Assembly (NCBI GenBank): GCA_030704615.1
Contig: CM060733.1
Coordinates: 2,046,001-2,110,000, forward strand
Source of the DNA: Takakia lepidozioides
Lineage: Eukaryota; Plantae; Bryophyta
Length of the DNA stretch: 64,000 nucleotides
Reading direction: 5' to 3'
The position numbers and the translations under genes were made by a program. This document shows, one piece after another, positions 24,062-37,345 of the stretch. Below the pieces are notes generated by a model, which saw only the letters and a program-made list of their open reading frames with translations, was not told the DNA's origin and ran no database searches. Within the stretch, counting starts at the first letter, position 1. Every line of letters starts with the position of its first letter.

Positions 24062-26875
24062 CTACCTCTGTCCAAGGCATCGTGGACACAACCATTCTCC
24101 GATAGGAGCCTCCTCAAGTGGCGGTGTCAAGCATCCCATGTGCCACCCCCTTGAGCATTTGTCATACACCAACATGGTTGCGGCGCCACCAGCATGCCCA
24201 TATAGCATGCAACGCAACCTTGCAGGTACCACTGCAAGGTTAGGATCTATCCTCCCATCCACATGTGGAATGTGACATGGTGCACAATTGCGTACATGGT
24301 CCTTCCATACCATGCCATCTCGACCCTCCAGAATCAACACTCCTGAAGGCAACACCTCCCTGACCCTTAGAATCACACGTCCTGCTGTGACATCCAAGGT
24401 CGTAGGCGCTGTCTGTTGCAGATACACATAGTCCCCAGGGTGGAAACGCCAAACACTTGGCCGATATCCCCCTCCACGTATAGTGGCGTACCTCAATGTG
24501 TCTCGGTGTTGGCAATAGCAAGGTTCTCAAAAGCCATAGGCATGACTCTCTTGAACAACTCTGCCCGCTGGGCACATACTTATGTCCACACATCCGGATC
24601 ATCAAGGTTGAGAACTATTGTAGCCTCCCTGCGAATAGATGCAGGCAAATCCGGCTCTCGGCCGAAGAGAAGAAAGTAAGGTGAGAAGGAGGCAAGTGAA
24701 GCTTGTTTGCTGAACCTATAGCCCATAGCTAGCCAAGGCAGTTGCAGGTCCCAATCTCCTAGGTGTCCCTTCTGCAAACTGTACTTGCGCAAACCTCTCT
24801 TGACTGTCTGAACAACTCTCTCTGCCAAGCCATCAGCCTCAGGATGATCCCGAGAAGTAGTGCGGTGATCTATCAAGGCTTGCTCACACAAAGCCTGAAA
24901 CTCCCCCAAGAACTCTCTCCCCTGGTCCGTGAGTACCTCGGCTGGAGCACCAAAATGGCTAAGCACTCGATCTAAGAATGCATACGCAGCCCCCTCACTT
25001 GCCTTGTCAGGCAATGCCACCAGTTCAATCCATTTGGAGAAGTGTTCCACCATCACCAGCACATACTTGTTATGGCGAATCGTCAGTGGCAATGTGCCTG
25101 CGAAGTCAAGACTCCAACGATAGCCCAAACCCATAATGGGTAAATGATGCAATTGTGGAGTAGGAGCGTTGAAAGAAGCCCGCACTCTATCACACACCAT
25201 GCACCTTGCCACTAACTGTTGCACATCCGTGTGCATGCCCCGCCACCAATACTGCCCTTGCAGCAAACTATGAGTGCGCCGCACCCCAAAATGTCCCAAC
25301 TCCTCATGGGCATGGCGTACCAATCGCACTCGTTGTGTTGGATGAGGCACAATCCTCACTCGTCCATCCTCCCATACCCGGAGTAGATGAGTCCCCTCCC
25401 ACTTGAACCTCTTGGCTCGTTGTAGGACCTGATCTTTCTCCTTAGCAGTCACACTAGCTGCTGTCTCTCCGGTACGAAGGTATGCCAATACTGCTGCATC
25501 TTCATGCACATCCTTAGCACCACCAAACTCCTCACTAGTCTCTGGATCGTCATGCACGCTATCTACATGACCAATCGCATGGGATGAACCAGCTTGAGCT
25601 CCCATTGCTAGAATGCACAAAAAGGCCGATGCATGCCATCCTGACACCATCTCCTCATCCGTCTCACCATGCCATCGAGCTCTAGTATCATCATGCTCGC
25701 TCGTGCATGGATTAGGACTCAATCCATCTGCATCCCGATTGACAATACCGGCTCGATGCACCACCTGGAAGTCGTACTCTTGAAGCATAAGTGCCCACCG
25801 TGCAAGCTTCCCTGTAAGCTTGTCTGACTCCATCAACCACTTCGATGGTTGGTGATCCGTGACAAGGGTGAAGAGATTGCCATAGAGGTAGCATCTGAAA
25901 TGTACCACTGCCCATACTGCAGTTAGACACTCCTCTTCATATGAACTATACTTCGCCTTGGCATCATTGTTCGAGCGGCTAGCATATGCTACTACAAACT
26001 CCATTCCCTCATCATCCACCTGTGTGAGCACTGCTCCAATCCCCAGCATACTCCAATCCGTATGTAGCTAGAAAGACCGCCCCCAAATAGGCCGCCTCAG
26101 AATAGGTGCAGAAGTCAATTGAGCCTTGAGTTTCTCAAATGCTTCCTCCTGCTCCTCCTCCCATTGCCACTCTTGACCCACCTTGGTCAACTTGGTAAGA
26201 GCCTTTGCAATGTTGCTAAATCCCTTGACAAACCGTCGATAGTAGTTTGCCAATCTCATGAAAGCACGAACTCTGCTCACATTCATGGGGCGTGGAATGC
26301 ATGCAATGGCCTCCACCTTTGTCTGTTGAACACCCAATCCTCCAGGGTATATCATGTGGCCCAGATACTCAATCTGATTGTGGAAGAACTTGCACTTTCC
26401 GGGGTGCAGTTTCAACCCGTGCGCTCTCAAGTGCTCAAACACCACCTGAAGGTGTCTCTCATGCTCCTCAATCGTAGCACTAAAGACAATGATGTCATCA
26501 ATATAGCACCGGGCAAAGTCTAGCCCCGCGAGAATCCTATCCATGACCCTCTGAAACTCTGCAGGAGCATTCTTCAACCCAAACGGTAAGAACCGCTATT
26601 GGTACAAACAATCCTTCCCATGTTGGTCAATCCCCCAGAATGTTGTCTTTTGTTTGTCAGCCTCTTTGATTGGCAACTGGTGGTAACCGGATCGCAAGTC
26701 CAATGTGCTAAACACCTTTGCATGCCCAATAACATCAAAGATCTCCTCTGGAGTTGGCATGGCATATCTATCGGACTTAGTCTGACGGTTCACAGGACGA
26801 TAGTCCCCACACAACCTTCTTTCTGTCCAATTGCCATAGATATCCTTCTTAGCTGGCATCACCGTTGCCGCAGCC
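24062..26875 (-). pseudogene. pol: pol (RT, RNase H, integrase, PHD finger)
   Basis: RRLCGDYRPVN; STLDLRSGYHQ; CYIDDIIVF; VVAYASRSNN; LVTDHQP; HEELGHFG...CMVC; WSLDFAG; LTDQGREF; DGLAER. C-terminal CML(Y)...(Y)DKCSRGWHMGCLTPPL...EWLCPRC. Confidence 0.93.
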
Positions 26876-27250
26876 TATTTGAATTTCAACATCAACATGA
26901 GGATGTTCTCAAGGTGGCTATGGCGGAGCAAGTGGAGGCTACGCCACAGTCAGATTGGGTGGACAAGGCCCAAGAGGTTGCTATCTAGCAACCAAAGGAT
27001 TCGTCTCCTACCTCCAAGCCTGGTGTACCCAAGGTTGCAGTCACTAAGGACAATTGGGAACCAGATGTTGGATCTACAGTCACCGGAGGAGAGAGACGGA
27101 GGATCCAGCGATTTCTAAGGGCTTATAGAAATTGCTTTGCCTTCAGTTTGAAGGATTTGGGGAGTTTGAAAGGTCAGGAGATTCGTATTGATTTGGCAAG
27201 TGACACGCCAATCTTTCGAAGGCCCTACCGGTATAGTGACATGGAGACTT
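26876..27250 (+). pseudogene. Inverted pol fragment (region just upstream of RT) of the same element
   Basis: Plus-strand reading FLRAYRNCFAFSLKDLGSLKGQEIRIDLASDTPIFRRPYRYS is the typical gypsy pre-RT segment. Confidence 0.8.
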
Positions 27251-27640
27251 GTCCTAACCAATGGAGCTTATAAAGTTTATGCATATCAGATGTTGTTTTC
27301 CAGATATGTGTGATTGCAGAGCTGATTTCTTCTATGTTGGATCCTCCACTCTTTGAATGCATTGGTGGTAATTACCAGTGTTGGGCAGGTCCGGTTCCGG
27401 TTTTCACAAAATCTTAGGATCAAATAACCTCCGGTTCCATTTTTTTCAGATTTTTTTATGGAAAGAACTACCGGCGGGTCAAATAACCAGCGGGTCTTTG
27501 ACGGTTCTTTGACATTTTTCAGGCGGTTATCTTAAAACTACGTAATCAGCGGTTATGAACCTTTGCCGGTTATTTTTTTTATTTGAGAACCACGGTTATA
27601 TATCCATATAACCTTCTTGATAACCTCCGGGGGTTTGTAG

Positions 27641-29424
27641 CAGTGTGTTGGGCGGGTATATTGATTTCAATATACCCTTAGGGTATAAGTAAATTATTTT
27701 TGTCAAATCATTTACCCTCCGGGTATGGATAAATTAAAATCTCAAAAACTTCTTTACCCTCCGGGTATGGGTAAATTAACTTTTCAGATTTCTATATAAC
27801 CCCCGGGTATGGATATACATGCCAAAATATACCCTGAGGGTAAGAATAGTTATTTCCATTAATATATAATTTAATGATTTTAAATAAATATGTGATGTTC
27901 TTCAGTATGTACAAAATACAAAAAAATCAATATATGGTAAAAGAGAAAATTGATAAGATATTGCATAATATTTTGGTTTTAATTCCAATGCAAGATGGAG
28001 GAGGTTTGAGATTCCAAAAAAAATAAAAAATAAAAATAAAATCCCTCCCTCAAGGGCCTAAATTGTGGGCTGTCAGGTTTCCTTTTATATATATATATAT
28101 ATATATGCACGATCTCTTTGGGCATTTTAGGAATGATATATATGTAGCATTTGTTTTAGCTGTGATTGGAACTTTCTTATAGCTCAAGGCTCCCTAACAA
28201 CACAACAAAAAGAGAAAAGACCTAGCACATAAAGGCTATGAAGGCACATAAAGGCCCTTATATACCCTGATTAGATATACCCTTCAGAAAATATACCCTC
28301 ATGGTACCTAAACTTGCCACACTAGGGTATATATCAGTGTTAGGGGGGGGGGGGGACCGGCGATTGCCCGGGGGATCGCGCCTTCGATGGGATGAGGGGA
28401 TCAACGGCGGGGGGAGCGCCACGTGGCGTGTCAGTGTCATTGGGCCTTCATCCGGCCGTCCTCCATTCCCTGCGCGGGAGGATGGCAGGGGGATGAGGGG
28501 CGGATGACCCAGAACATCCATTGTTTTGAGGTTGGATGGATGCGCAGGGGATCGACGGTTCGGGGGAGCAGCACGTGGCACACGATTAGGGACTGGTATA
28601 TAGGGTCTGGTGGGGTATTAACCCGGGTATTGAATAACCGACCCGGCTGGTATTGGCAATTCCAATACTATGGTTGATAACTGGACAGGCTAGTATTGCC
28701 ATGGCAATACTCGTATTATGGGCAAAAAAAAAAGACTATACCATGGTATGAATAGGAAATTGGTTGGGTGCACAATACGTGGGGGAGGGGAGGTGTCAGG
28801 GTAAGAGGGTGCACATGTCAGGGAGGGCATGTCGAGCCCCAAGTGCCCGCCACTATGCTTCGTTTCTTACCACATGTAGGGCAGGCCCGCCCCTATTTTT
28901 ATTTATTTATAGCACATGTAGGGTGTCTTATGAGGACCTCATTGCAGATGCTGGTTTATTTGATGATGAGGGTTGCCATTCTTTTAACTAAGCTTGCTTC
29001 AATTTGGATACTAAAATCTGCAATGTTGTTATTACGTAATGCAAAGACTGAATTTTGCAACATAATTAATTCCTTTGTGAAATCAACTGAAATCTTCTAA
29101 ATTCAATACATATTAATGATTTAGTGGTTTTTTTTTTTTTAATTTTATTGTACCCTGGTCGATAACCGGCTGGTATTAGATTGTACTACCCATCCTATTG
29201 ATACCCGTCCGCAAATTGAAAATCATACTACTATTGAGAACCGGCGGGTATTAAAATTAAGGGAATCTTTCAATACTATGGAATCGGCTGGTATTGCAAA
29301 TTAATTTCTTTTCAATACCCGGTATTAGAAAATGCAATACCCGCCCAACACTGGTATATATATCAATATACCCTGATATATCCGCCGGGTATATCCGGGT
29401 AATTCATATACCCGCCCAACACTG
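27641..29424. mobile_element. Non-autonomous hAT element (middle), TSD GTTTGT(A/C)G
   Basis: CAGTG(TG)TTGGGCGGGTATA ... TATACCCGCCCAACACTG. TSD at 27633-27640 and 29425-29432, one mismatch. Confidence 0.85.
28335..29353. mobile_element. Non-autonomous hAT element (inner), TSD GTATATAT
   Basis: CAGTGTTAGGG ... CCCGCCCAACACTG. TSD at 28327-28334 and 29354-29361. Confidence 0.85.
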
Positions 29425-30045
29425 GTTTGTCGCTGAATCAAAGAACCCCCCAACACTGGTAATTACTGACATCATGCCTTAGTGTGGGAGGCTGTGCCCA
29501 AGTCAATTTTTTTTTAATTTTTTTTTTATTAAGGGGTAGTAGCCCTGGGTATTTATTAAGTTTATTTGTCGGGGAAAAAAATTAAAACCCCTGTGACTCG
29601 CCATGTAGGCACAAACACTGTAATCAGTGATGGATTGAACTACCCTCGCATGAGGAGGACACACACTGTAATCAGTGATGGATGGATCTACCACTGCTTG
29701 AAGAGTGGACTGGAACCTTAAACCTCATCCATATGGGATGGATGAATCGTCTAAAAGCAGCTAAGTGCTAAAGAACGGCCCTATGGCCTCCATCCTGCAC
29801 GGATGCTTTCTTCCCCGTTTCAGAGAGATGCAGCAAGCAAAACTAGGGCGAGAATCCTATGCTATGCTCTTAGGGGGTCGCGGCGAACAAGCCTCTCCTA
29901 CCAGAGGCTTTGAAGCTGAGTGATTGTGCATACGAAACCAATTGAATAGAAGAATATAAGTTTATCAGAGTGAGAAGGTGGCGAGAACAATGACTATCGG
30001 AATCTCAGCCTTACTGTTGTCTTGATATGCCTCCAGTTTATATCC

Positions 30046-32103
30046 CTATCGAATTCCGGGGATGCCGCCATGGAGCGCTGACCCGAGATTCCTCCAACTG
30101 ACTGGGGGGAGCGCTGTCCAGTTGCAGCTTGACTGATTGGGGGAGCTGCAGATGTGTCCGTTGGTGGTCCATGTGTTCTTGAAGGTTGCATGCAGTGCTG
30201 CTGCACATTGAGGTGCTCTTTGAATATTTGCACATAATTTTATCCAAGCTTTTCTTGCCTCAATTTACAGATCCCAGAAGATTCTAGCTAACAAGACTGA
30301 CAGAGAACCTATAGAACCTGAGAAAGACCAAGCACAGTGCGCTTTGCATATGTGCCATAGCGTGGAGGCTCGCAAGCATTCGAAGACCGGACATTCAAGA
30401 GCCTGTCCTTTGGGGTTCTTGTCATAATTGAGCAGGAGGGTGATGGGTACTAGGGGCTGCGGATTCCAATCTTTGTAGAGCCCTTTAACTGCATTCCAGA
30501 CTTTTGCCGGAGCATGGCATCCTAGAAGGCAATGCTCCAATGTTTCTATCAATCCCGAGGTGCAGCAAGAACGTAGTAGTGCATCGTGGAATTGGAGCCA
30601 TTCTCCCACCTTGAGTACCCTATTCACAATCTGCCGCAGGCCTAGTTTTTATCCATATGGATTTCCAAATTGCCTTCCAGTTTTCATTTTGAAAGCCAAA
30701 GGATTGCCATTTGGTATACCATTTGTCATGAAGAGGCTTAGGATCTGCCAAGGCCTTGTAGGCCTTCAGTGGTGTAAGCGAAAAAAGGGACCGGCGAATT
30801 TTTGAAAGTCCAAGTCCTTTCCTTGGGGTCCAATTGCAGTTCTGCCACGGGTTTTCCCAGCACCCAGAGGAAGGAACTTTTTGCCAGCCAGGTACAAGTA
30901 GGGATGGAAGGATCTGGCTCGGGGTTCATGTCTTTCGTGGGGGAGCTCCAGCAGCAGACCCTATCGGTGTATGAATAAACAATGGAATTCATATTGAGTC
31001 TCTACTTTGAAGGGATAGGATCATTGTTATGGGGTTAATGTGGAAATCCTACGAAGTAGTCATGGAGCCTGTCTTTGATAAAGAATACTGTCAGTTTGCT
31101 ATTCACAATCCCTAGAGACCAGAAGTTGGTATTGGGTTTAACATGACCTGCTTGAAGAGTTGGGAGCCAGGCAGAGGGGATGGAGTCTTTAACGATTTGG
31201 TAACCATGATATAGTCTCGCCCCTCCTACTTTGAGAGCTAAGTGTTCGGGCTCATGAAAGCCCTGGCTATTCCATAAGTCATTAATTTTGGCTAACACCC
31301 TTCCTGTCCCAGAAAGACCAGCGATGAGCCTGTGATTTTTGAGTGAGAGAGGGGGGGTTATCATTCAGGAAGATGTGCTGCCTTAGTATTTCCTCATAGC
31401 TCTGCGGTTCTGTTTTTTTTTAGGAAAGGTCTCAACCTCCCCCAGGCTTGCCATATAGAAGACCAAAGAGATGATCCAGGCGATTTAAGTCTGAAGCCTT
31501 GAGACACCCATCTAAAGGAGGGGTTCCACAGGGAGTTTTTGAGAGGGGACGAAGCCTGAATGTGTCCTGCCACCAAGAATTTCCACCAACCCCCCTCCGG
31601 ACCGAAGAATCTGGGCAACCATTTACTTAGCAGTGCTGTTATTTGCATGTCCAGGTCTATAAGGCCCACCCCCCCCCCCCCCCCCCCCCCCCCCCCATAT
31701 TTTTGGGGAGACAGATCTGTTTCCACGATATCTGCGGTCTTGTGTGATTCGAGGAGCTGCTTTGTGCTCCCCAAACAAAGTTTATGAGAAGAGCTCTGAT
31801 CTGTTTGGTTTGTGAAGGATTGGGCCGCCATGAGGATGAGGAGAACCAAATCCTTGCCGAGTGGATTTGAATTACTGCTAGCACCCTACCAGTTATTGAA
31901 AGGTGTTTGGAACCCCAAAAGGTGAGTTTTTTTTTCAATTTTGCTAGAGTGGGTGCGAAGCGTTGCTCATCCGTGAGGTTCACTCCATAAGTATAGCCCA
32001 GGTAGGTCGTTGACTGACCAGGTCTCAACCATGAGAGGCCCAGATTTGATCCCCAGGTGTGGTCTGTTCCTCGAATATAGTAAGGATTCGCAAATATTTT
32101 CAT
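30046..32103 (-). pseudogene. L1-type LINE ORF2 C-terminal fragment (post-RT region, zf-RVT)
   Basis: TYLG...KLKKKLTFWGSKHLSITGRV; ISWKQICLPKNMGG.GLIDL; ALLSKWL; CCTSGLIETLEHCLLGC...VW; WHICKAHCAWSF. Confidence 0.88.
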
Positions 32104-34849
32104 TTTGTGAAGATGATGAGGATTTTGTCTGGTCCAAAACCTTCATATCTTCCCTTGCGGAATGTCGTTCACTACTCCGATTTTAACGGTGGCGCCTTAT
32201 GACGCCGACATTCTAAATTGTATTTTTGCGATTGTGCTATTGATTTCAATTGTAGCACGGGAGGTCTCCCCTTCTATGTCTCAATGTCTGTTCGATATTT
32301 CCTGGATTCTTATTTGGTATTCGGAGGGTGACAAATAACTGTTGTCTTACCTTACAGTTTTAATTTCTGGATGACCAGTTCATGTGAATGTTTTTAGATC
32401 TCATTTACTTTTGATTTGACGGCTCGACGCTTCTCATATTGAGCACGGGAGATCTCCCCTGGTGGAGGGAGGTCTCAAAGCACATGTAGCAAGCTGACAT
32501 TGTACTTGAAATTGTATTTGACATGGTATCTGACCTTGTATTTGTCGGTTCAATGCATTTCGTTTGTTATTTCTTGTCCTCAATGTGACAAAGATTTTTC
32601 TATTCCTTAAGTTTCAATAATTCAAAAACTTTATTCCAATGTTTCTACCAATAATTTTGAGTCATGACCCATTGTGGTTTTAAAGCTCTTACTTTGTTTC
32701 CTATATGATATTGACATGCATTTGTTACGTTTTCACGGAAAAGCTCCTCTCATCTTCTCTCACCATTGACATATAGTAATCGAACGATTCGTTTCGCGTA
32801 AGATGCGAGAAACTACCTATCGAGTGCATGGGAGATCTCCCCTCCGTGAATATACTCACGAGCGATCAGATTCTCCTCAAATTCAACATAGGTGTCTTGC
32901 TTGTCATTTATTTTGCAAAGGACGATGCTACTTTTCGGACCAATCCGGGAAAATCCAAAATTGTAAGCTTTAATGCATTGTTAATACTGAATATAGTATT
33001 TTTTTTTCCATATTAAATTATTTACAATTATTTAACACATGTCCAGATTTCATCCTTTTGTCCATATTTACTTAAAATGGTGTTATTTGACCATAGAGTG
33101 GAGCCCACAACACTGATGTAAATCAGTTGAAGCAGATTCTTGGATTGGCGCTGTAGGGTTCTTGACTCCAGATTATTGATTGGAGATTCATAGGACACGC
33201 ACATACTGTTCAAGGCTCTATATACATGTAGTTGTAGCTAATATTTGGTCTATAAATTACTTGAGATAGGAGACAGGGAGAGGAGAGTCGCTGATGCATG
33301 GGTAACCATTCTACCAACCAACCTGAACCAAAATCCAACACCAGGGAAAGACAAAGAAGAAAGACAAGTATCAATCTCACGGTTGACCTTGAATACACGT
33401 TCATGTAGACAATTAACCAGAATAATTTCTCTTTTGAGCTGAATCTTGCATTTGTGCAAATTCTATCTGAAAGGCACCTAAATACGAGTGGTAGGTAGGA
33501 AAAGCAAAAGAAGGCAAGAAAGCACTCAAAATAGCACCCAGAGGGTGCCACGGCGGCGAGCGGCCCCTCCTTGACGACTATGGATAAAACGCTTTAGAAT
33601 GACCAAGCACACTCTCTTTCAGATTGCAAACCAAGCAAAGGCCATGGTAGAAAAAAAAAGGCAGACACAAGATATCGTAATGTTGCCCACGGAGCTAATT
33701 ATTTGATATGTAAAGTGAACGCTTTGCAATTGTTCGTTGGTTTTCCGAGAAGTCATTCCAGCGATAAGCATCGTCTTTAGATCAAAACTCATTACGTGAC
33801 CAACGTCAGGAAATGCAGACTACGAGAGAATTGGAAGACTGGTGTGGTATACCAAGCGTACAGGGTGCTATTAACGGACCACACATTGCAATTGCGTAAA
33901 GAACTTTCAGCTTTTTCCCTCAAAGGAAACCAGTGACTTAAACCTGTGAATCTACGCTCAAGGCTGGCCAGTGAGTTACACGATCCTATAATCTACCGGC
34001 CAGGCTGGCCAGTGCCATTACAGCGTTCCCTCTACGTTCCCTGCGCGTTCTTCACGCACGGTAAGCCTCCTCGTGTCAGGGATTACCTACACTCGCCCCC
34101 CCCCCCCCACTCGGCGGCTACCGCCTCGTGGTGGGCTCATTTTGGTAATCCCCTTCACTCGGAGGCTTACCTACACAAAACCCTCTACCGCATTTGCTGA
34201 GGACTCATGTGCTTACAACACAGGGGGTACAATATTGTATTCCTTTCTCCTCCTCCTCCTCTACCTCTGCATGCGTTGGTTCTTGTAGGTGTCACATTCT
34301 CCTCTTCGTGACGGTCGTTTCCTCAGGCGGCGCATATAGCAAATTCTAGCACCGCAAGAGTGCAACAAATTGTTGCAGAGTTGGTATGCTGGATAAAGCA
34401 AAAGAGAATGTAAAAGAAGGTAACAGCAAAGCTCAGTCGCGGGAGCTCCTGGTGGTGTGGGTGGGGTTCAGAAGACAAAATGCCAGTAAACATCAAGATA
34501 TGAGATCCGTTTATCGGGTGTTACAGCAACATTTCAAACTACATGGACATTGGAAAATGACAAATTGCAAATATATTGCTTCCACTGGAGGTTAGGGTTC
34601 ATATGACCCTCCACAAAACATATTCGTTCTTTGCTGTCCCTAAGTTCCTCCCCTTTAGATCAGATTGTGGAGGAAGCCCCCTCTGCAATGTGTCCTTTCC
34701 AAGTAGTTGGAGTAGGAAAGAGTGCCAACAGGACCCCTGTATAACAAAAGCGAGGAAAGTGCAATCAACAGAGATGTAAAGTGTCTGCAATTAAGCCTGA
34801 ATGATAGCACCCTGCAATATATTGCCCAAAGACCTTGGGTAGCTCATGA

Positions 34850-36000
34850 TGCACCACCTGACTGATGGAGATCCATGGACTCCCCAGCCAAGTTGTTCAA
34901 AAACGATACCTACTCTCCAAATCCTATAGCACGTTTTGACGGGCAGTCAAAGGGCAGAAAGTAGAGAGCAATGCCACTGGGCAGTATCCTCATTATACTT
35001 GCCAATGTAGTTGGATCGGTTCATGACATACAAATCATGGTCTCAGTTGGTGCAAACTCTCCATCTAACAAACTGCTTTCCAATTTTTCTTTCTCCTCCC
35101 ACGTATTAGGGACCGGGTCATAAGCCAACACCTTTCTCTCATCATTAACACCTGCCGTTGATAGTCCCTTGCCAAACAAACCTCCCTTGAAACAATGTAT
35201 CACTTTCGATGTTGGCTAGCCCGTAGGGAAATGGGGCAATTTATGACCACTCTGTGGTTTTCATGTCATAGACCTCCTGACAGTTCCACTTCCCCAGCTG
35301 AATTGCACCCCGCAAGAAACAGTCGACCGTTGATGACTCCACATCAACTCCAGTGTACGCAAAATAGGATCTGACCAGGAACGATCAACTAAAAATTGAG
35401 CGGCTGTCATGGTATAACCTGCTTTATGGTAACTAAAGTTCTATCGAATTTCTGAGAATACTGAAGAGTGCCACATGCACCCTTTCAGCGTACGAGAGGA
35501 GGTACACAATGGTATGTAGAGCACAGACCTGGCCACTGTCATGCTGGCACCCTGTGACCATAATTCGTCACAGTGTTGAAAGTGTAAACAGTCCTTTTAC
35601 CGTGCAGCCTCACATCATCCCTCACCGCACCTCCCAGCAGAATGTCAAAGAAGAGGTAGCATATGGCGGCACACTTGAAGCCACCATATTGCAAGTGCTG
35701 GAGTAGTTTAATCTCCAACTGCGGCAGCGGGACGCTTCAAGTCAAACCCCAAAAATGACACAACGTCATCTAGCCCATCCTCCATTCGGCAGTTTTCACA
35801 AAGCACAAGCAACCACCGGTCGTCCTTTGACCGCATATTATACAATTGTGGTGGACTTTTGAGGAGAGCTTGCCATGCCTTGCACAGTGCACCCCGTGCA
35901 GGCCTTGGCACCCTAGCCAGACACATATGTGCTATGTCATTCGACAATCCTGGAATCAACATACTCTCCATGGATTCTACGTGCTGCGCCTCATCACAAG
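34850..36000 (-). pseudogene. F-box/kelch-repeat pseudogene
   Basis: LIPGLSNDIAHMCLARVPR...CKAWQALL (plant F-box). Kelch remnants EVYDMKTTEWS and LAYDPVPNTWE. Stops and frameshifts. Confidence 0.8.
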
Positions 36001-36974
36001 ATCCTCCTTCAGGACCTCCACCCCATCGAAAAGTGGCAGGGTATGAATCATGCTCAAGGCACTGATGTCCAGAGACTTCCAAGAGTAGAAGGGGCGTCTT
36101 ATAACACAAGACAATAACGGACCTCCGCCATATTTCATCAAATCAGTCAGCGTTCCTTCCCATTTCAGATCCATTTCAGAAAAACCCAGAACAAGCAGAA
36201 CAAGCATGCAACTGCCCACCTAACTTGAACTAGCCACCATAGAATCAAAAGCTGTGCAAATTAGTACCGGCCTAAACTCTACTAGTCTATCCAGCGGTTA
36301 TTTCCCAGCGTGACAGACTGCTGGTATGTCCTCAAATTAAACTGAGCCAACAGCACAATTCGGCTTCAAGAAATCTGAGATCAATTGCAGCGTAGTTCAC
36401 GGCCACAACAGCGAGAAACCGAGACTAGGGTTAGACAGCCCCATTACCGCGCATTTCTCTCTGAAAATTGTATCAAATAATCTCGAGCTTAAGATCTCAG
36501 GCGACTTAGTAAGCAAAATCAGGGATTTTTTTTGTTTTCTGACACAGCGTTTGTAAGAAGAGCAGAGCTTCAAGCAGATCAGTATGAATATAATGATCGG
36601 GCCGAGAGAGACCGATGGATATGCCTCACAAAAAGAGGATTGGCTGTTCTTTGAGTGCCATGATTGACCCTTGAAGGACTGGTGGAGTTTTCCGTGGAAT
36701 CTATAGCTTCAATAGATAATTTACTAACACCGGCACTTGGACTAAATCTACAAACTTCATGCAGGCAATATAGGTTTGATTAATGTTTCAGGCGGAAGCA
36801 ATTAAATGCAGCTAGATATTTCCTCAAATCCTTAAAGTTTTCCATAAATATGAGGCAAAAACTATGCTCGACTTGATATCTTATCTTCGGCGTGTTCCCG
36901 TACCCCTCAGGCCAGCACTCCAAGGCGGACCCAATTGTACTGATTGGGGCGCATTCAAGGTTATCTTCCTAGTA

Positions 36975-37345
36975 AAAAAGGGTTCAAGGTGAACCCTTGC
37001 TCAAGGTGATGCCAAAAGCGGCATCATGAGCGGTCGCAAGCAATGTTGTTGCAATAAGGCGATTCGATCCTCGGGGAAGATCGTTCCTTGGCCTTGAAGT
37101 AGGCCAAGAAGAGTGCACTGGGTGGAGCTTGAGAGGCTCCACTTTGGCCGGGACTTGGAAGAAGTCGGCCGAACTAGCTAGTAGAGAGTAGAGTCAAGTG
37201 TGGGGTTTGGTTCTTTGCCATGGGACGCCATGGTGCGCAAACAAACTCCTTGATGTGGGACGCCACAACTTGGATGTTCGTTTCTACAAAATGGACAAGT
37301 TGATAAGAACATCGACTCCTTGATGGTAGGGGTGTGTCCCGACCC
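36975..37345 (+). mobile_element. Fragment of the PHD-gypsy family 3' UTR, PPT and LTR start
   Basis: ~36975-37213 is the reverse complement of ~22975-23210. ~37247-37336 matches 22776-22868 directly. Confidence 0.88.

Larger units (their letters stand above)
21602..27250 (-). mobile_element. Ty3/gypsy non-chromovirus with a PHD-finger integrase; 5'-truncated, two internal inversions
   Basis: RT-RH-INT-PHD on the minus strand. Reconstructed 3' LTR TGTCGCGGCCC (22867-22906, inverted) + 22575-21602, with TATA near 22480. Confidence 0.85.
27376..29458. mobile_element. Non-autonomous hAT element (outer), TIR CAGTGTTGGG, TSD GTAATTAC
   Basis: 8-bp TSD at 27368-27375 and 29459-29466. Confidence 0.9.
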
